Shown piece by piece: positions 25,635 through 36,410 of a stretch of DNA of 64,000 nt; position 1 is the first letter of the stretch; every line of letters starts with the position of its first letter. Source of the DNA: an uncultured virus (IMG/VR IMGVR_UViG_3300037200_000039) (Duplodnaviria > Heunggongvirae > Uroviricota > Caudoviricetes); IMG/VR virus record IMGVR_UViG_3300037200_000039, one strand, 5' to 3'. Both the position numbers and the translations under genes were made by a program. The notes beneath the pieces are model-generated. The model was given only the letters and a program-made list of their open reading frames with translations, made no database searches and had not been told where the DNA came from.

Positions 25635-25663
25635 TTGACAATTGCCCATCAAAAGCGCATAAC
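25635..25663 (+). promoter_or_regulatory. Promoter candidate for the capsid operon
   Basis: TTGACA-N17-CATAAC, about 100 nt before 25761. Confidence 0.55.
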
Positions 25664-25760
25664 CCCGTCTTCAGCCCGGTGCTGAGTTCAAGTCCAGATT
25701 CTTTTCAGATCCCAGTAAGGCTCCGGTGGCCATGCGATCTCCGATTCGGGAGTATTCCGC

Positions 25761-26369
25761 ATGGCAAACGTATTCTCGCCATTTGGCTTTAGTCAGCGTT
25801 CGGGCACAGGCTCCTCGCCGACCTACGAACAAGTCATAGGGACTGTTAACTACAATACCGCGAATATCTTCTTCGGCGATCCAGTCTTTCGCTTAGTCGC
25901 CGATGGCACTCTTGCCGGCATTACCACCGGCCCCGGGCCTGGCACCACGCCGCTAGCCGGCGTATTCCTCGGCTGTAAATACTCCAGCGTCGCCTTCAGG
26001 CGCACGACCTGGGCTAACTACTGGCCCGGCTCCGACGTCGCGAGCACCAATAGCGTCGAAGCCTATATCGTCAACGATCCGAATGCGCAGTTCACCGCGC
26101 AAGTCGGCGTATCGACCAGCGTCGGCATCGTCGCCGCGAACATCGGCATGAACGTGCAATTCGCCTACGGCACCGGCAATACCGCCAATGGAATATCAGG
26201 GGCCTACATCGATATCAGCGTGACTCCAGCGGTCACCGCAACGCTGCCATTCCGCGTCGTGGGATTGGTACTTAATCCGCCGGGCTCCCCCGGCACACAA
26301 ACCGGCGCGAACAATTTCGCGATTGTCGCCTATAACAACGTCGAAACTAAGAACATGTTGGCGGTGTAG
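25761..26369 (+). CDS. Capsid-associated (decoration/cement-like) protein
   Basis: Directly before the MCP; IFFGDPV, GVFLGC.Y, VNDPNAQF, G.TANGISG, TLPFRVVG. Confidence 0.75.
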   Translation: MANVFSPFGFSQRSGTGSSPTYEQVIGTVNYNTANIFFGDPVFRLVADGTLAGITTGPGPGTTPLAGVFLGCKYSSVAFRRTTWANYWPGSDVASTNSVEAYIVNDPNAQFTAQVGVSTSVGIVAANIGMNVQFAYGTGNTANGISGAYIDISVTPAVTATLPFRVVGLVLNPPGSPGTQTGANNFAIVAYNNVETKNMLAV

Positions 26370-26378
26370 GAGCGACTT

Positions 26379-27293
26379 ATGGCTATTAATCTTTCAGCGA
26401 TTAAAGACCTGCTACTCCCTGGCTTGCGCGGGATCGAGGGCAAATATGAAATGATCCCCCAGCAGGCGGACAAGGTCTTTAATCGAGTGGACTCGAAACT
26501 CGCGCTCGAACGGACCGCTGAAATGCGCTACTTGGCGCTTGCTCAACTCAAGACCGAAGGTGGACAGACACAGTTCGATAACAATTCCGGCGAACGCTAT
26601 GTATATAACCAGGAGCATATCGAGCTGGGTTTGGGATACGCAATCACCAGAAAGGCCATCGACGATAATCTTTATAAGACCCAATTTCATCCCTCGAATC
26701 TAGGGCTGATCGAGTCGTTCAATCAAGCTCGCGAGATCTACGGCGCTAACGTACTCAACACGGCCAACGTGTACAACCCCAACGTCGGCGGCGATGGTGT
26801 GCCCCTGTGTTCACCAAGTCATCCGATCGACGGCAATGTATACGCGAATACGCCGGCAGTGCAGGTCGATCTGAACGAATCGACCTTGCTCAATAGCATG
26901 ATCTCGATCCGTACCAACTTCCGCGATCAGGCCAACCTGAAAGTGTTCGCGCGCGGTCGCAAGCTAATCGTGCCGCCAACGCTGCAACCTCTCGCAATTC
27001 GGCTGACCAAGACCGAACTGCGCCCGGGCACTGCTGATAACGACGTGAACGCAATCCTCTCCACAGCCGGCGGACTGTCCGAAGGCTACCTGGTCATGGA
27101 CTTCCTCACGTCGAACTACGCATGGTTCCTGCTTACCAACATCGCAGGGCTCGCGTACATGGAGCGCGTGCCGTTCGAAACTGACATGCAGGTGGACTTT
27201 GTCACCGACAATTTATTGGTCAAGGCGTACCACCGTTTCAGTTATAATTACTATAATCCGAGAGCTTTATATGGGAACTTCCCAACTGTATAG
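26379..27293 (+). CDS. Major capsid protein
   Basis: LLLPGL, KTEG, LGYAIT..AIDDNLY, GGDGVPLCS.SHP, KLIVPP.L, GTADNDVN, WFLLT, RFSY. Confidence 0.9.
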   Translation: MAINLSAIKDLLLPGLRGIEGKYEMIPQQADKVFNRVDSKLALERTAEMRYLALAQLKTEGGQTQFDNNSGERYVYNQEHIELGLGYAITRKAIDDNLYKTQFHPSNLGLIESFNQAREIYGANVLNTANVYNPNVGGDGVPLCSPSHPIDGNVYANTPAVQVDLNESTLLNSMISIRTNFRDQANLKVFARGRKLIVPPTLQPLAIRLTKTELRPGTADNDVNAILSTAGGLSEGYLVMDFLTSNYAWFLLTNIAGLAYMERVPFETDMQVDFVTDNLLVKAYHRFSYNYYNPRALYGNFPTV

Positions 27294-27377
27294 TATTGTT
27301 TTATACCGTTATCTGGACAAGCATTCTGGTCGTGATGCTGCTGTGACGCTTACGGTCATCCAGACCGAGGTCTCCAA

Positions 27378-27926
27378 ATGAGTGACATTAACGGCGGCCA
27401 ATTCCCTCAGACTTCAGGTAGCCCGATTTGGCCCGGTACGGTATTCACGGGTCCGCTGATTGCGGGCAATGTCATACACAGTGATGGATCGGGAACGCTT
27501 GCGGGTGTTGGTGGGACTACGGGCACTGCAAACCAGGGCTATGCGCACATGTGCCAGAGCGCGGTATGCACGCAGGCCACTAACGGCACAGTTGCGGGAC
27601 TGTTCACGACGTCGATTGTGATTCCGGCGCAGAGCCAGATTACGGGTATCAAGGTCATGGTGACCACGGTATTGAGCGGCGCAGCTACGACCTTCGGCAT
27701 TGGGACGAGTGCGTCGGCGACTGCGTTGACAGCAGCTAGTGCGGGTGTGACCTCGGGTGCGCTAGGATTGGTATCGCTCAATCCGGGAACCAGCCTTACG
27801 CAGATTGCGAATTGGGACAATGTGGGTAATCAGGATGTGCAGATCGTTGTGCAATCGACCAATACTGGCACTGGGGTATTCACCCTGACGGTGGATTACT
27901 TGCAGGGAATCAACCTGGCCTCATGA
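27378..27926 (+). CDS. Virion structural protein (post-MCP)
   Basis: TVFTGPL.AG N-terminus; IPAQSQI...; beta-rich. Confidence 0.7.
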   Translation: MSDINGGQFPQTSGSPIWPGTVFTGPLIAGNVIHSDGSGTLAGVGGTTGTANQGYAHMCQSAVCTQATNGTVAGLFTTSIVIPAQSQITGIKVMVTTVLSGAATTFGIGTSASATALTAASAGVTSGALGLVSLNPGTSLTQIANWDNVGNQDVQIVVQSTNTGTGVFTLTVDYLQGINLAS

Positions 27927-27949
27927 GTTAGCTAAAAGGAATCATCGAT

Positions 27950-28243
27950 ATGAAAGGCAGGACAAAGCGTGAAGCCGGCGGCGTTAACGAGGCGAAAGAG
28001 GACGAGAAAAAGACTCCGGATCGCACTGCGCCGAATCCAGTATCGGAGGAGGCAGAGGAAAAGAAGCATGGCGGTCGTGCGAAGCGCAAAGAGGGCGGCA
28101 AGGTAGAAGGCGAGAAAGCCAAGATGCATGCGGGACGCAAGCCACGTAAGAACGGCGGGCGCACGGGTTCTGATACCAATCCATTCACCAGCGCACGGCA
28201 TATGACACCACCGAAAGGACATTCCACTGAGGCATCAGAGTAG
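27950..28243 (+). CDS. Small basic xxGG-motif protein
   Basis: REAGG, KKHGGR, RKEGGKV, GRKPRKNGGR; resembles part of 21683..22354. Confidence 0.7.
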   Translation: MKGRTKREAGGVNEAKEDEKKTPDRTAPNPVSEEAEEKKHGGRAKRKEGGKVEGEKAKMHAGRKPRKNGGRTGSDTNPFTSARHMTPPKGHSTEASE

Positions 28244-28266
28244 GTTCGAAGTTTGAATGATTGCGC

Positions 28267-28299
28267 GAGACGGGAGCCGCGCGCTCCCGTTTTCGTTTT
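28267..28299 (+). terminator. Rho-independent terminator
   Basis: acgggagc-cgcgc-gctcccgt followed by tttcgtttt. Confidence 0.75.
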
Positions 28300-28310
28300 A
28301 GGAGGATGAA

Positions 28311-28529
28311 ATGAGTAAGGCCGCAAAGATCATCGAGGAGACGCCGCTGGAGCAGTATCCACTTGCGTCACTTTACACCTGGTCGCGCCTCGAGACGCTG
28401 CATCCGAAACCGCTTGCACCGATAGATCGCAAGAAGCCATCGCTATTGAAGCATCGACACGTTGTAACGCGCGCCAGAACTTCAGACAAACCAGCGCCAC
28501 TGATAATTCACTGGCCGAAAGGAGCATGA
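28311..28529 (+). CDS. Hypothetical protein
   Basis: AGGAGG upstream. Confidence 0.55.
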   Translation: MSKAAKIIEETPLEQYPLASLYTWSRLETLHPKPLAPIDRKKPSLLKHRHVVTRARTSDKPAPLIIHWPKGA

Positions 28530-28877
28530 ATGCGCCCTATCACGGTCACTGTAGGTCCGCTAGCAGCTGGCGGTACTAGCACACCCTGGGTTGCGCTAGA
28601 CCCGTGGGCGGTCGCGCAAGTGGCCATTCAATGCAATGTGGTTGGCACCGTGAATTACACAGTGCAGTCGACATTGGACGATCCCAACAGCCCGACCAAT
28701 CCAGTGTTGGCGTCAGCGGTCACTTGGGTAAATACGTCGGATACGGCAGCTGTTGGCGCTTCCGGTCCGATCCAGACGAACTTTGCCTATACGCCGCTTT
28801 ATGTTCGGTGTTTGCTCAATAGCGGTACGGGATCGGTGACGATGACGGTACTGCAGTCAAGCTCGGTGCCCTACTGA
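28530..28877 (+). CDS. Virion structural protein
   Basis: GTVNYTVQSTLDDP...RCLLNSGTGSV, beta-sandwich type. Confidence 0.75.
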   Translation: MRPITVTVGPLAAGGTSTPWVALDPWAVAQVAIQCNVVGTVNYTVQSTLDDPNSPTNPVLASAVTWVNTSDTAAVGASGPIQTNFAYTPLYVRCLLNSGTGSVTMTVLQSSSVPY

Positions 28878-29041
28878 TGTCCGGAATATCAACAGGCGCA
28901 GGACTGTGGGGCGGCACGCTCGGGCTATCAGGCAATGGTGGCAGCAGCGGCGGTGGAACGACGACATATTACCTCACCAATGACGCTGGAACGCAGCAAC
29001 TGACGAATGATGCCGGATCCCAGCAGCTAACCAGTCAATAA
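28877..29041 (+). CDS. 54-aa Gly-rich peptide with two LTNDAG repeats (putative fibre docking adaptor)
   Basis: Hand-translated [54 protein letters not shown]. Confidence 0.7.
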   Translation: MSGISTGAGLWGGTLGLSGNGGSSGGGTTTYYLTNDAGTQQLTNDAGSQQLTSQ

Positions 29042-29044
29042 ATC

Positions 29045-29503
29045 ATGACACAAGCATTCAATAGTTTTGTGAGTGGATTGCCTGGTGCAACCACGTTGAC
29101 CGGCACTGAACTCATACCTTTGATTCAGGGAGGGGCATCCAGTCAATCAACGCCATCGGCACTCAAAACTTACTTGACAAGTGCTGTGTCTAGCGTCAGC
29201 GGAACTCCATCGGCCAATATCGATTATGGCGCGAGTCCCCCATCAGGCTATGTTGCTGGCGTCACCAATCGTCTGATATTGACGCCGAGCGCCAACCTAT
29301 CAGTGTTGGGGTTACTATCAGCACCTGACGGATGGGCAGTCTTAATAAAAAACGCCTCTGCCACTTATTCAATCACATTTCCGCATCACGGCGCGGGAAC
29401 ATCTACCAATCAGTTCGACAACGCGAGTGCAGCCTCAGTCGTGCTGCCGCCGCTCGGCGCCGCATTGGCAAACTACGTTGTCAATGAATGGACCTTCTCA
29501 TGA
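29045..29503 (+). CDS. Fibre adaptor protein
   Basis: N-terminal LPGATTLTGTE; C-terminal domain similar to the end of 42867..44039. Confidence 0.7.
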   Translation: MTQAFNSFVSGLPGATTLTGTELIPLIQGGASSQSTPSALKTYLTSAVSSVSGTPSANIDYGASPPSGYVAGVTNRLILTPSANLSVLGLLSAPDGWAVLIKNASATYSITFPHHGAGTSTNQFDNASAASVVLPPLGAALANYVVNEWTFS

Positions 29504-31596
29504 AATACTTCAGTTATCTTATTATTTCATTATTGTTTTCATACGCTTTATACGCCCAAGTCACGCCGGTCATACCATCGGGCACAGTGATGGGAAACAC
29601 CAGCGGTGCGGCAGCGGCTCCAAAGCCTGTTATTACAGGGACAGCTCTTGCCGTGTTTGACATATCTACCTATGGGGCGAAGTGCGACGGCGTCACAGAC
29701 GATGCTGCGGCATTTAACTCAGCATTTACTGCGATTCGCGCGGTAACGGCGCTTAGTGGTTCTGGTGCGCAGTACTTGGGACAGGCCGCCCACTTGGTCA
29801 CCCCAGCGCGCGTCTGTCTCATCAAATCGACAATCAACGCGACCGTTCTATATGGGGCCGGTTTCACCTGGGATGGTGAGGGCACTTTGATTTTGTGTCA
29901 GACCAATGGCACACCGTGTGTAGACGCAACTGGTGTTGAAAACGTCACCATTCGTAATTTGAATATTTATGGTTCTGCGACTTTGACCCCTAACATCGGA
30001 CTTGCCATCGGCCGCTATACCAGCACCAGTGGCAACTTAGCGGGTAATAATGTATTCGACGCGCCTAAAGTTATAGGGTATTTCACTAGTACTCCATTCT
30101 TCGATAATCAGGCTGAGACCACACATATCAATTCTGGTTGGTTTTTAACCATGTCTAACAACAATTGGGCAGCAGCAGTGTTTGATGGTGAGAACCATTT
30201 CAATTTTCAGACCATTGCTGCAGGCGGTCCTTACCCGCAAAATACTGCGCAGGGGTTTGCTGAGTCCACCTGTACAGATTGTGTATTCATGACCTTTGGC
30301 ACTGCATCGCCGGCGGTGTGGATCGGGGGAGCTTGGCGCCTACGGCTTGCCAATTCATATGTCGGGGTATGGGGTGGCACGGGTGGCAATGATGGTGTGA
30401 TTCTGTATACCCCTGGAAGCATCTCGAACCTGCTACTTGATGCGGATCTTCATTTTGAACTCAATCCCAGCCTTAATTCTGCATTTCGCTTCGCGGGCGC
30501 TGCTGCGATTACGCAGTTCGGATTGCACGTGCGTGATCATTCACCACAAGTTGCCGCGGGATCGTCATTCTTCGCGCGTGATACTGCTGGCACCTATGGG
30601 ACTGCCGTTAGCACGGTAGCAATCAACGACGCCAACATCGAATTAGGTGGCTTCGTCAACGGCGGCGCAACATTGTTCGATAACGCGGCACAGTTCACGG
30701 TTAATGGCTTAGTTAACATGCAGCCAGGAAATTGGACAGCACCAGCGAGTTTCTCTGGTAATCTGTGCCTTCCTGTATGCCAGAGTTATGCGCAGCCCGG
30801 CAACACGAGCAACATTGCCATCGGTCCATCGACCATGCAGGCTGCAGTTACGGGGAGCAGTAACCTAGCCATCATGCCTGGCGCACTCAGTGCATTAACC
30901 GGCGGACTGCAGAATGTAGCCATCGGCACCAACAGCCTTGGGGCTATAACGAGTGGCACAGGCAATACGGCGATCGGGTTTCTGGCGGGCGCTGCGGAGA
31001 CCGGCAGCTACAATACTGCCTACGGCTGGCAAGCACTATCAGCAACCGGTCTTACGGGAGCGACTAACGTAGCGCTTGGCGGTAATGCGCTCGAGGCGTG
31101 TACGGGTGTCTGTGCTAGCAACGTGGCGGTTGGCAGCAACGCATCAAATATTCTTACGACGGGTGCCAACAATCTCGTACTTGGGAACAGTGTTGGCACT
31201 AGCACTCTCACGACCGGAAGCAATAATATATTGCTCGGCAACTCCAATGCAGTCGATACCGTAACCTCTAGCAGTAGTAACGAGGTGAACATTGCAGGGC
31301 TGCTGTTTTATAACAATGCAGCTTTGGGCGCGCCCGCAGTATCTGCTTGTGGCACGTCACCTGCAATCGATGCGCGTGCCAACAACCGCTCAGGCACTGT
31401 GACCGTGGGTTCCGGTGCCGTAGCATCCTGCACCATCACTTTCGCAGGTTCCGGCTACGGCACTTGGAACCACTGTCGGGTAACGCCACACTCGACGGTT
31501 GCAGCGTTTGCCTATAGCTACACTAAGACGGTGTTGACCGTTACTGCCACTTCAGCCACATCTCTGATAATTGACTATGATTGCGATGGGTACTGA
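29500..31596 (+). CDS. Beta-helix spike/adhesin-like protein with a predicted signal peptide
   Basis: MKYFSYLIISLLFSYALYA-QV; YGAKCDGVTDD; NxAxG YadA-head-like repeats. Confidence 0.8.
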   Translation: MKYFSYLIISLLFSYALYAQVTPVIPSGTVMGNTSGAAAAPKPVITGTALAVFDISTYGAKCDGVTDDAAAFNSAFTAIRAVTALSGSGAQYLGQAAHLVTPARVCLIKSTINATVLYGAGFTWDGEGTLILCQTNGTPCVDATGVENVTIRNLNIYGSATLTPNIGLAIGRYTSTSGNLAGNNVFDAPKVIGYFTSTPFFDNQAETTHINSGWFLTMSNNNWAAAVFDGENHFNFQTIAAGGPYPQNTAQGFAESTCTDCVFMTFGTASPAVWIGGAWRLRLANSYVGVWGGTGGNDGVILYTPGSISNLLLDADLHFELNPSLNSAFRFAGAAAITQFGLHVRDHSPQVAAGSSFFARDTAGTYGTAVSTVAINDANIELGGFVNGGATLFDNAAQFTVNGLVNMQPGNWTAPASFSGNLCLPVCQSYAQPGNTSNIAIGPSTMQAAVTGSSNLAIMPGALSALTGGLQNVAIGTNSLGAITSGTGNTAIGFLAGAAETGSYNTAYGWQALSATGLTGATNVALGGNALEACTGVCASNVAVGSNASNILTTGANNLVLGNSVGTSTLTTGSNNILLGNSNAVDTVTSSSSNEVNIAGLLFYNNAALGAPAVSACGTSPAIDARANNRSGTVTVGSGAVASCTITFAGSGYGTWNHCRVTPHSTVAAFAYSYTKTVLTVTATSATSLIIDYDCDGY

Positions 31597-31598
31597 TA

Positions 31599-33317
31599 GT
31601 GTGGAAATATTTCATGTGGCTCTTACTTTCACCCTACGCGGGGCACTCGCAAGTATTGCCAGTCAACACCGCGAATAGCGTGATTGACGTGATGAACTAC
31701 GGTGCCAAGTGCGACGGGGTGACCAATGATTCCACTGCTGTCAATAACGCGATTGCTGCCATCAGGGCTCGTAGTGTGACAGCAGATTTTCGTAATGGAC
31801 CGCCAGGACATTTAGTTTTTCCAGCGACCGCTACGGGATGCAAGATTACTTCGACGATCAACGCAACTAGCGGATCTTCGGGCGGCACACTCTACGGTGC
31901 TGGGTTCGTATTCGATATGACTGGTGCCATGTTGATCTGTTCCACGAGTGGTACCCCATGCATTGATGCGACTGGCACAGGACAGGCTACGTGGCTCAAT
32001 CTCAACATCTATGGAACTTCTACCAATGCACCTAACATTGGGTTGGCATTAGGCCGAGTAACCAACAATTTTGTAGGCGCCGATGACAACAAGATATACA
32101 ACCCAACTATTGTTGGTACGTTCACGTTAGCACCATACTTTAACAATCAATCAGAAACTACCATTATTAGCGGAGCTAACTTTTATAACTACGCTGCCAA
32201 TGCGTATGGGGCGATCTGGGATGGTTCAAACCATTTCCACTTCCAGACGCTTGCAGTCGGGGGACCGTATCCGCAAAACGTGTATGAGTCGTTCAACGAA
32301 AATGTATGTATCTTATGCAATATAGGAGTGAGTGGCATCGGAGCCGTGTCAATTTGGATTGGTGGCACTTCACGTCATAGATTTATCAATCTATACAACT
32401 CAAACAATCCATCTGCGCCCACTACTCCCAGTCCATCGATAGTTCTATGGTATGGCAATAGTCTGACCAATGATTTGCTAGAACTAGATGCACACACAGA
32501 GAATGTCGGAGGCGTAGCTGCGGCGATGCCAAATGTTGTCATGTTCTCTGGCGCTGCGGCCATTGCTCAGAACAGTTTAGAAATCCGCGACGGATTCTCT
32601 GAACAATCTGGCGCATATTTTGCGCGCGACACAACGGCACGTTTTGGCACTACCCCGACATCCATTATCATCCGCCATGCAGATTTTAATATCATGCATC
32701 AAGCTAATGGAGGATCTGGAGCTACTTGGTTTGATACGCCTGCCGATTACGTTATCGATGGCAATATTTATGCTGGAGATAATACCTACAATTCTCCAGG
32801 AACATTCACCGGCAATCTCATCAATAACGGTGCTGCGAGTTCGTACATATCCACACTAGTTCCAGTGCAATCGGGCAATGCGATCACCATTCAGCCGCCT
32901 GGAGCCAGCTCCGGTAACTTGCAAGTTAATCTAGGTGCCCCATATGGCAGCACAGGGGCTGTATCGACAACGTATTTCAACGGCGCAGATGTGGCCAACT
33001 GGCAATTGGGTGCCAATACAGGAACCGCACCGCCATTCTTTTTATACGATGTTGCAAACGGTGCGAATGCCATCGTTGTGAATGCCAACAAAGGCACATT
33101 ACAGCTAGCGGCCGATGGCCGAGTATCTAGTTTCGGTGGCGTGACGACACTGGCGGTTTACACCGTGGCGACACTGCCCGCATGCAGCGGTGCAAATGGC
33201 AATGGCTTGGCGATTGTTAGTGACGCTACATCTCCCACCTACAACGCTGCGCTGACGGGGGGCGGGACTGTACGGGTGCCAGTATTTTGCAATGGCACTT
33301 CGTGGAGCGCCCATTGA
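31599..33317 (+). CDS. Paralogous beta-helix spike with a probable signal peptide
   Basis: GTG 31599 WKYFMWLLLSPYAGHS-QV; YGAKCDGVTND; C-terminal YTVATLPAC...DAT...VFCNGTSW. Confidence 0.78.
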   Translation: MWKYFMWLLLSPYAGHSQVLPVNTANSVIDVMNYGAKCDGVTNDSTAVNNAIAAIRARSVTADFRNGPPGHLVFPATATGCKITSTINATSGSSGGTLYGAGFVFDMTGAMLICSTSGTPCIDATGTGQATWLNLNIYGTSTNAPNIGLALGRVTNNFVGADDNKIYNPTIVGTFTLAPYFNNQSETTIISGANFYNYAANAYGAIWDGSNHFHFQTLAVGGPYPQNVYESFNENVCILCNIGVSGIGAVSIWIGGTSRHRFINLYNSNNPSAPTTPSPSIVLWYGNSLTNDLLELDAHTENVGGVAAAMPNVVMFSGAAAIAQNSLEIRDGFSEQSGAYFARDTTARFGTTPTSIIIRHADFNIMHQANGGSGATWFDTPADYVIDGNIYAGDNTYNSPGTFTGNLINNGAASSYISTLVPVQSGNAITIQPPGASSGNLQVNLGAPYGSTGAVSTTYFNGADVANWQLGANTGTAPPFFLYDVANGANAIVVNANKGTLQLAADGRVSSFGGVTTLAVYTVATLPACSGANGNGLAIVSDATSPTYNAALTGGGTVRVPVFCNGTSWSAH

Positions 33318-33779
33318 ATGAACTCCACCGACACGGGCGCCTACAACATCTGCATCAATCAGGGTGCGACGTTAACGCTGATGTTCATATGGACCACTGG
33401 TCAGTGCTGCGGCGCCGTTGGGACTACCGCTATGCCGGTAGATCTCACAGGCTATACCGCAGCATTGCAGATTCGCGCATATGCACTGGCGCCGACCATC
33501 CTATACGACGCGTCATCGAATCTCGTACTGGGCGGCATTGCAGGCACCATTACGCTCACCATTCCAGCGAGTGTAACTGCGACCTTTGGCTGGTGGCAGG
33601 GTGTCTATGATTTGTTGCTCATCAGTTCTAGCGGTGTCGTGACTAGGCTGTTAGCCGGCACAGTAACTGTGTCGGCACAGGTGACAATCAGTAACATAAT
33701 TGTAGTTACAGTCATTACCAACTCGAGTGGTGGAACGATTACCGATTCAAGCGGCAGCGCCATAACGTCTCTACCGTAG
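33318..33779 (+). CDS. Fibre/baseplate adaptor (Ig-like, BppU/LtfC-like)
   Basis: [10 protein letters not shown]...[13 protein letters not shown]...GTITLTI...GVYDL...VTRLLAGTV. Confidence 0.75.
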   Translation: MNSTDTGAYNICINQGATLTLMFIWTTGQCCGAVGTTAMPVDLTGYTAALQIRAYALAPTILYDASSNLVLGGIAGTITLTIPASVTATFGWWQGVYDLLLISSSGVVTRLLAGTVTVSAQVTISNIIVVTVITNSSGGTITDSSGSAITSLP

Positions 33780-33790
33780 GGAATGAAGCA

Positions 33791-36406
33791 ATGAGTGAAG
33801 TCGGCAGTTACCCAAATGCAGCCCCACTAACGGGCACGGAACGCCTGCTAGGCGATCAATCCGCTGTTACCGTCAACATTACGCCTGCGCAGATCGCAAC
33901 CTATGTAGGGGCAACATCGGGTCCCACGGGTCCTACGGGACCGACTGGCATAGGAACTACAGGCCCCACGGGCGCTACGGGAACAACGGGAACCACCGGA
34001 GTTGGTGGCCCCACGGGCCCCACGGGCGCGAACGGAACCACCGGAGTTGGTGGCCCCACGGGCCCCACGGGCGCGAACGGAACTACTGGTGTTGGCGGAC
34101 CCACTGGGCCCACGGGTCCTTCCGGCACAGGCCCCACGGGCGCAGGCGCTACGGGCCCGACTGGTCCCACAGGCATAACTGGACCTACGGGCTTTGGTTC
34201 AGGTTCGCCCGGCCCCACGGGCCCCACGGGCGCCACGGGAACAACGGGAACTACCGGAGTTGGTGGCCCCACGGGTCCCACTGGAACAACGGGAACTACC
34301 GGTGTTGGCGGCCCTACGGGTCCCACGGGAACAACGGGAACTACCGGTGTTGGCGGCCCTACAGGCCCCACGGGCGCGAACGGAACTACCGGTGTTGGCG
34401 GCCCTACAGGCCCCACGGGCGCGAACGGAACTACCGGTGTTGGCGGCCCTACAGGCCCCACGGGCGCGATAGGAATCACAGGCCCCACAGGTGCAACCGG
34501 TGCAACCGGAACTACTCCGTCTATAGTGACGGCATCAGTATCTAGTCGGCCTCCTCTAGTCACTGACAACACGACCAAGGGATATACCACGGCGTCCGTA
34601 TGGCAATACCGAGGCAAGCTATACAACGCTGCTGTTTATTGCGCATCGGATTCAGCCGCGTGGGCGCAAGCCTACACAAGTGCAATCGGTACGCCGGTCG
34701 ATCTAATGGGAACTACCGTTACCAAGTTTGCAGGCGGCACGTGCGCGTTGCTCAAGGACTATACCGGCGCTGCTGTCGACGTAGCCGTTACGATCAGTTC
34801 CGTCTATCAGATCTATACCATCAATATACTGGCCAATGGCGAACTAGATAATGTTGCCTTGGGTGCCGTCATGGCAACCGCCGATGCCAACACGAACGCG
34901 CTCGTGCTCAGGGTATATGACCAGACTGGCAATGGAAATCATGCAGCGCTAGTGACAGCCACTGGGGTCCCTTGCGTTGTTAACGCGACAGTGACCAGCG
35001 GTACAACGTTCACTGTTAACAGTGTCACCAGCGGTACCGTAGCACTGGCTCAGCAGATTTTTGGCAATGGCATGCCAGCGCTCACTGGCAATACCAGTGC
35101 TCTCACACTAAGCAGCGGTAGTGGTCCCTACACACTCTCTGGGACTGCGGCTCTGAATCCTGGACCGGAGGCCATGTATTTAGGGGTGACCAGTCCACCA
35201 TATATTGATTGGGACCCAATACTGGGGCGTTACACGCTACAGGCGCCGAACGTCAACGTATCATCTGGTAGCACGACTAATCGCCGCTGTCTGCAATTGC
35301 CGCAGGCAATGACTCTGACCAGTACGCAGAATTACGGTATATATGCGGTCGGATCTGGCGTAGGGTCCGCCGATGGACAAGCACCAGTGTTGTGCGCGGT
35401 CGGCGATGCGACGGTATCTACCAACTATGAATCTATATTGGGGAGTATCGGCGGCGGCCCACCCGAGCCGCAAGTATTTGGCCAGCTAACGATAAACCGC
35501 ACCAGCGGATCAAACCGTATTGTGCCGACTTATATCACCACGCAGCCGTCGGTGCTACTAGCCTATACCGCGAGCACGCCGCTGACGACCATTAGCGTCA
35601 ATGAACAAACCGGTACCAGTTCGACTGCGATTCCATCTGCGGCTCTCGCGGGCGGTTATATCTTCTGCTATGGCGGCACGTCCCTTGATTGTTACTCGAT
35701 GATGCAACTAGTGGGACTGGCAATATTCAATGCGGCGCCCACAACCGCGCAAGCCAAGGCGCTGCGCTACGGAGCATATGCACGATTCAACATTCTGCCG
35801 CAGGTGACTAACACTCTTGCGATGATTGGCGATTCACGCTTTGCCAACCAAACGGTAACCCCGGGATTTGGTAGTTCTGTATTGCTGGCACGCTATCTTG
35901 GCAATAATTGGAACGTCTACAATTTAGGCACTTCGAATATCACCACTGCACAATGCGTCGGAGATGGCCTGGTACCGACAGTGACCGGCGTAGCGAAATC
36001 TCTATCAGTGCTAAAAGGTCCTGGTCTGAACTATGCAGTTATTCTGCTAGGGGTGAACGATTTCATCATCGGCTCATCAGCGGTCGCTACTGTTCTCGCG
36101 TCGCTGCAAACCTTATGCTCGCAAATATCCAATGTTGGGTTTACGCCGATTTTGATATCAGAACTTGCGACTTCGGTCACGACTGGTTCCGCTAATACCA
36201 ATGTACCGCTGCTGCATACCGCGATTCAGGCGCAGGGAACTTCTGGCATGGGTTGCGCAGCAATCATTGATCTGACTGGTTATACGCCGATCATGACTCC
36301 GTCTAGCAGCTCGTATTACTCTGGTGGCTTACATCCAAATGGAGCGTTGCATGAAATCATCAGCTCTTCTATAGCGTTACAGTTATCTGCATTGGGCGTT
36401 GCGTGA
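33791..36406 (+). CDS. Collagen-like fibre with a C-terminal SGNH/GDSL esterase-like domain
   Basis: About 200 aa of GPT/GTT repeats including 15-aa units; MIGDS, LLGVNDF, GLHPN. Confidence 0.85.
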   Translation: MSEVGSYPNAAPLTGTERLLGDQSAVTVNITPAQIATYVGATSGPTGPTGPTGIGTTGPTGATGTTGTTGVGGPTGPTGANGTTGVGGPTGPTGANGTTGVGGPTGPTGPSGTGPTGAGATGPTGPTGITGPTGFGSGSPGPTGPTGATGTTGTTGVGGPTGPTGTTGTTGVGGPTGPTGTTGTTGVGGPTGPTGANGTTGVGGPTGPTGANGTTGVGGPTGPTGAIGITGPTGATGATGTTPSIVTASVSSRPPLVTDNTTKGYTTASVWQYRGKLYNAAVYCASDSAAWAQAYTSAIGTPVDLMGTTVTKFAGGTCALLKDYTGAAVDVAVTISSVYQIYTINILANGELDNVALGAVMATADANTNALVLRVYDQTGNGNHAALVTATGVPCVVNATVTSGTTFTVNSVTSGTVALAQQIFGNGMPALTGNTSALTLSSGSGPYTLSGTAALNPGPEAMYLGVTSPPYIDWDPILGRYTLQAPNVNVSSGSTTNRRCLQLPQAMTLTSTQNYGIYAVGSGVGSADGQAPVLCAVGDATVSTNYESILGSIGGGPPEPQVFGQLTINRTSGSNRIVPTYITTQPSVLLAYTASTPLTTISVNEQTGTSSTAIPSAALAGGYIFCYGGTSLDCYSMMQLVGLAIFNAAPTTAQAKALRYGAYARFNILPQVTNTLAMIGDSRFANQTVTPGFGSSVLLARYLGNNWNVYNLGTSNITTAQCVGDGLVPTVTGVAKSLSVLKGPGLNYAVILLGVNDFIIGSSAVATVLASLQTLCSQISNVGFTPILISELATSVTTGSANTNVPLLHTAIQAQGTSGMGCAAIIDLTGYTPIMTPSSSSYYSGGLHPNGALHEIISSSIALQLSALGVA

Positions 36407-36410
36407 TGCG

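Noticed and set aside
29500..33317. Paralogous spikes as a diversity-generating retroelement TR/VR pair
   Set aside because: No reverse transcriptase in the window; the similarity is protein-level and not adenine-specific.
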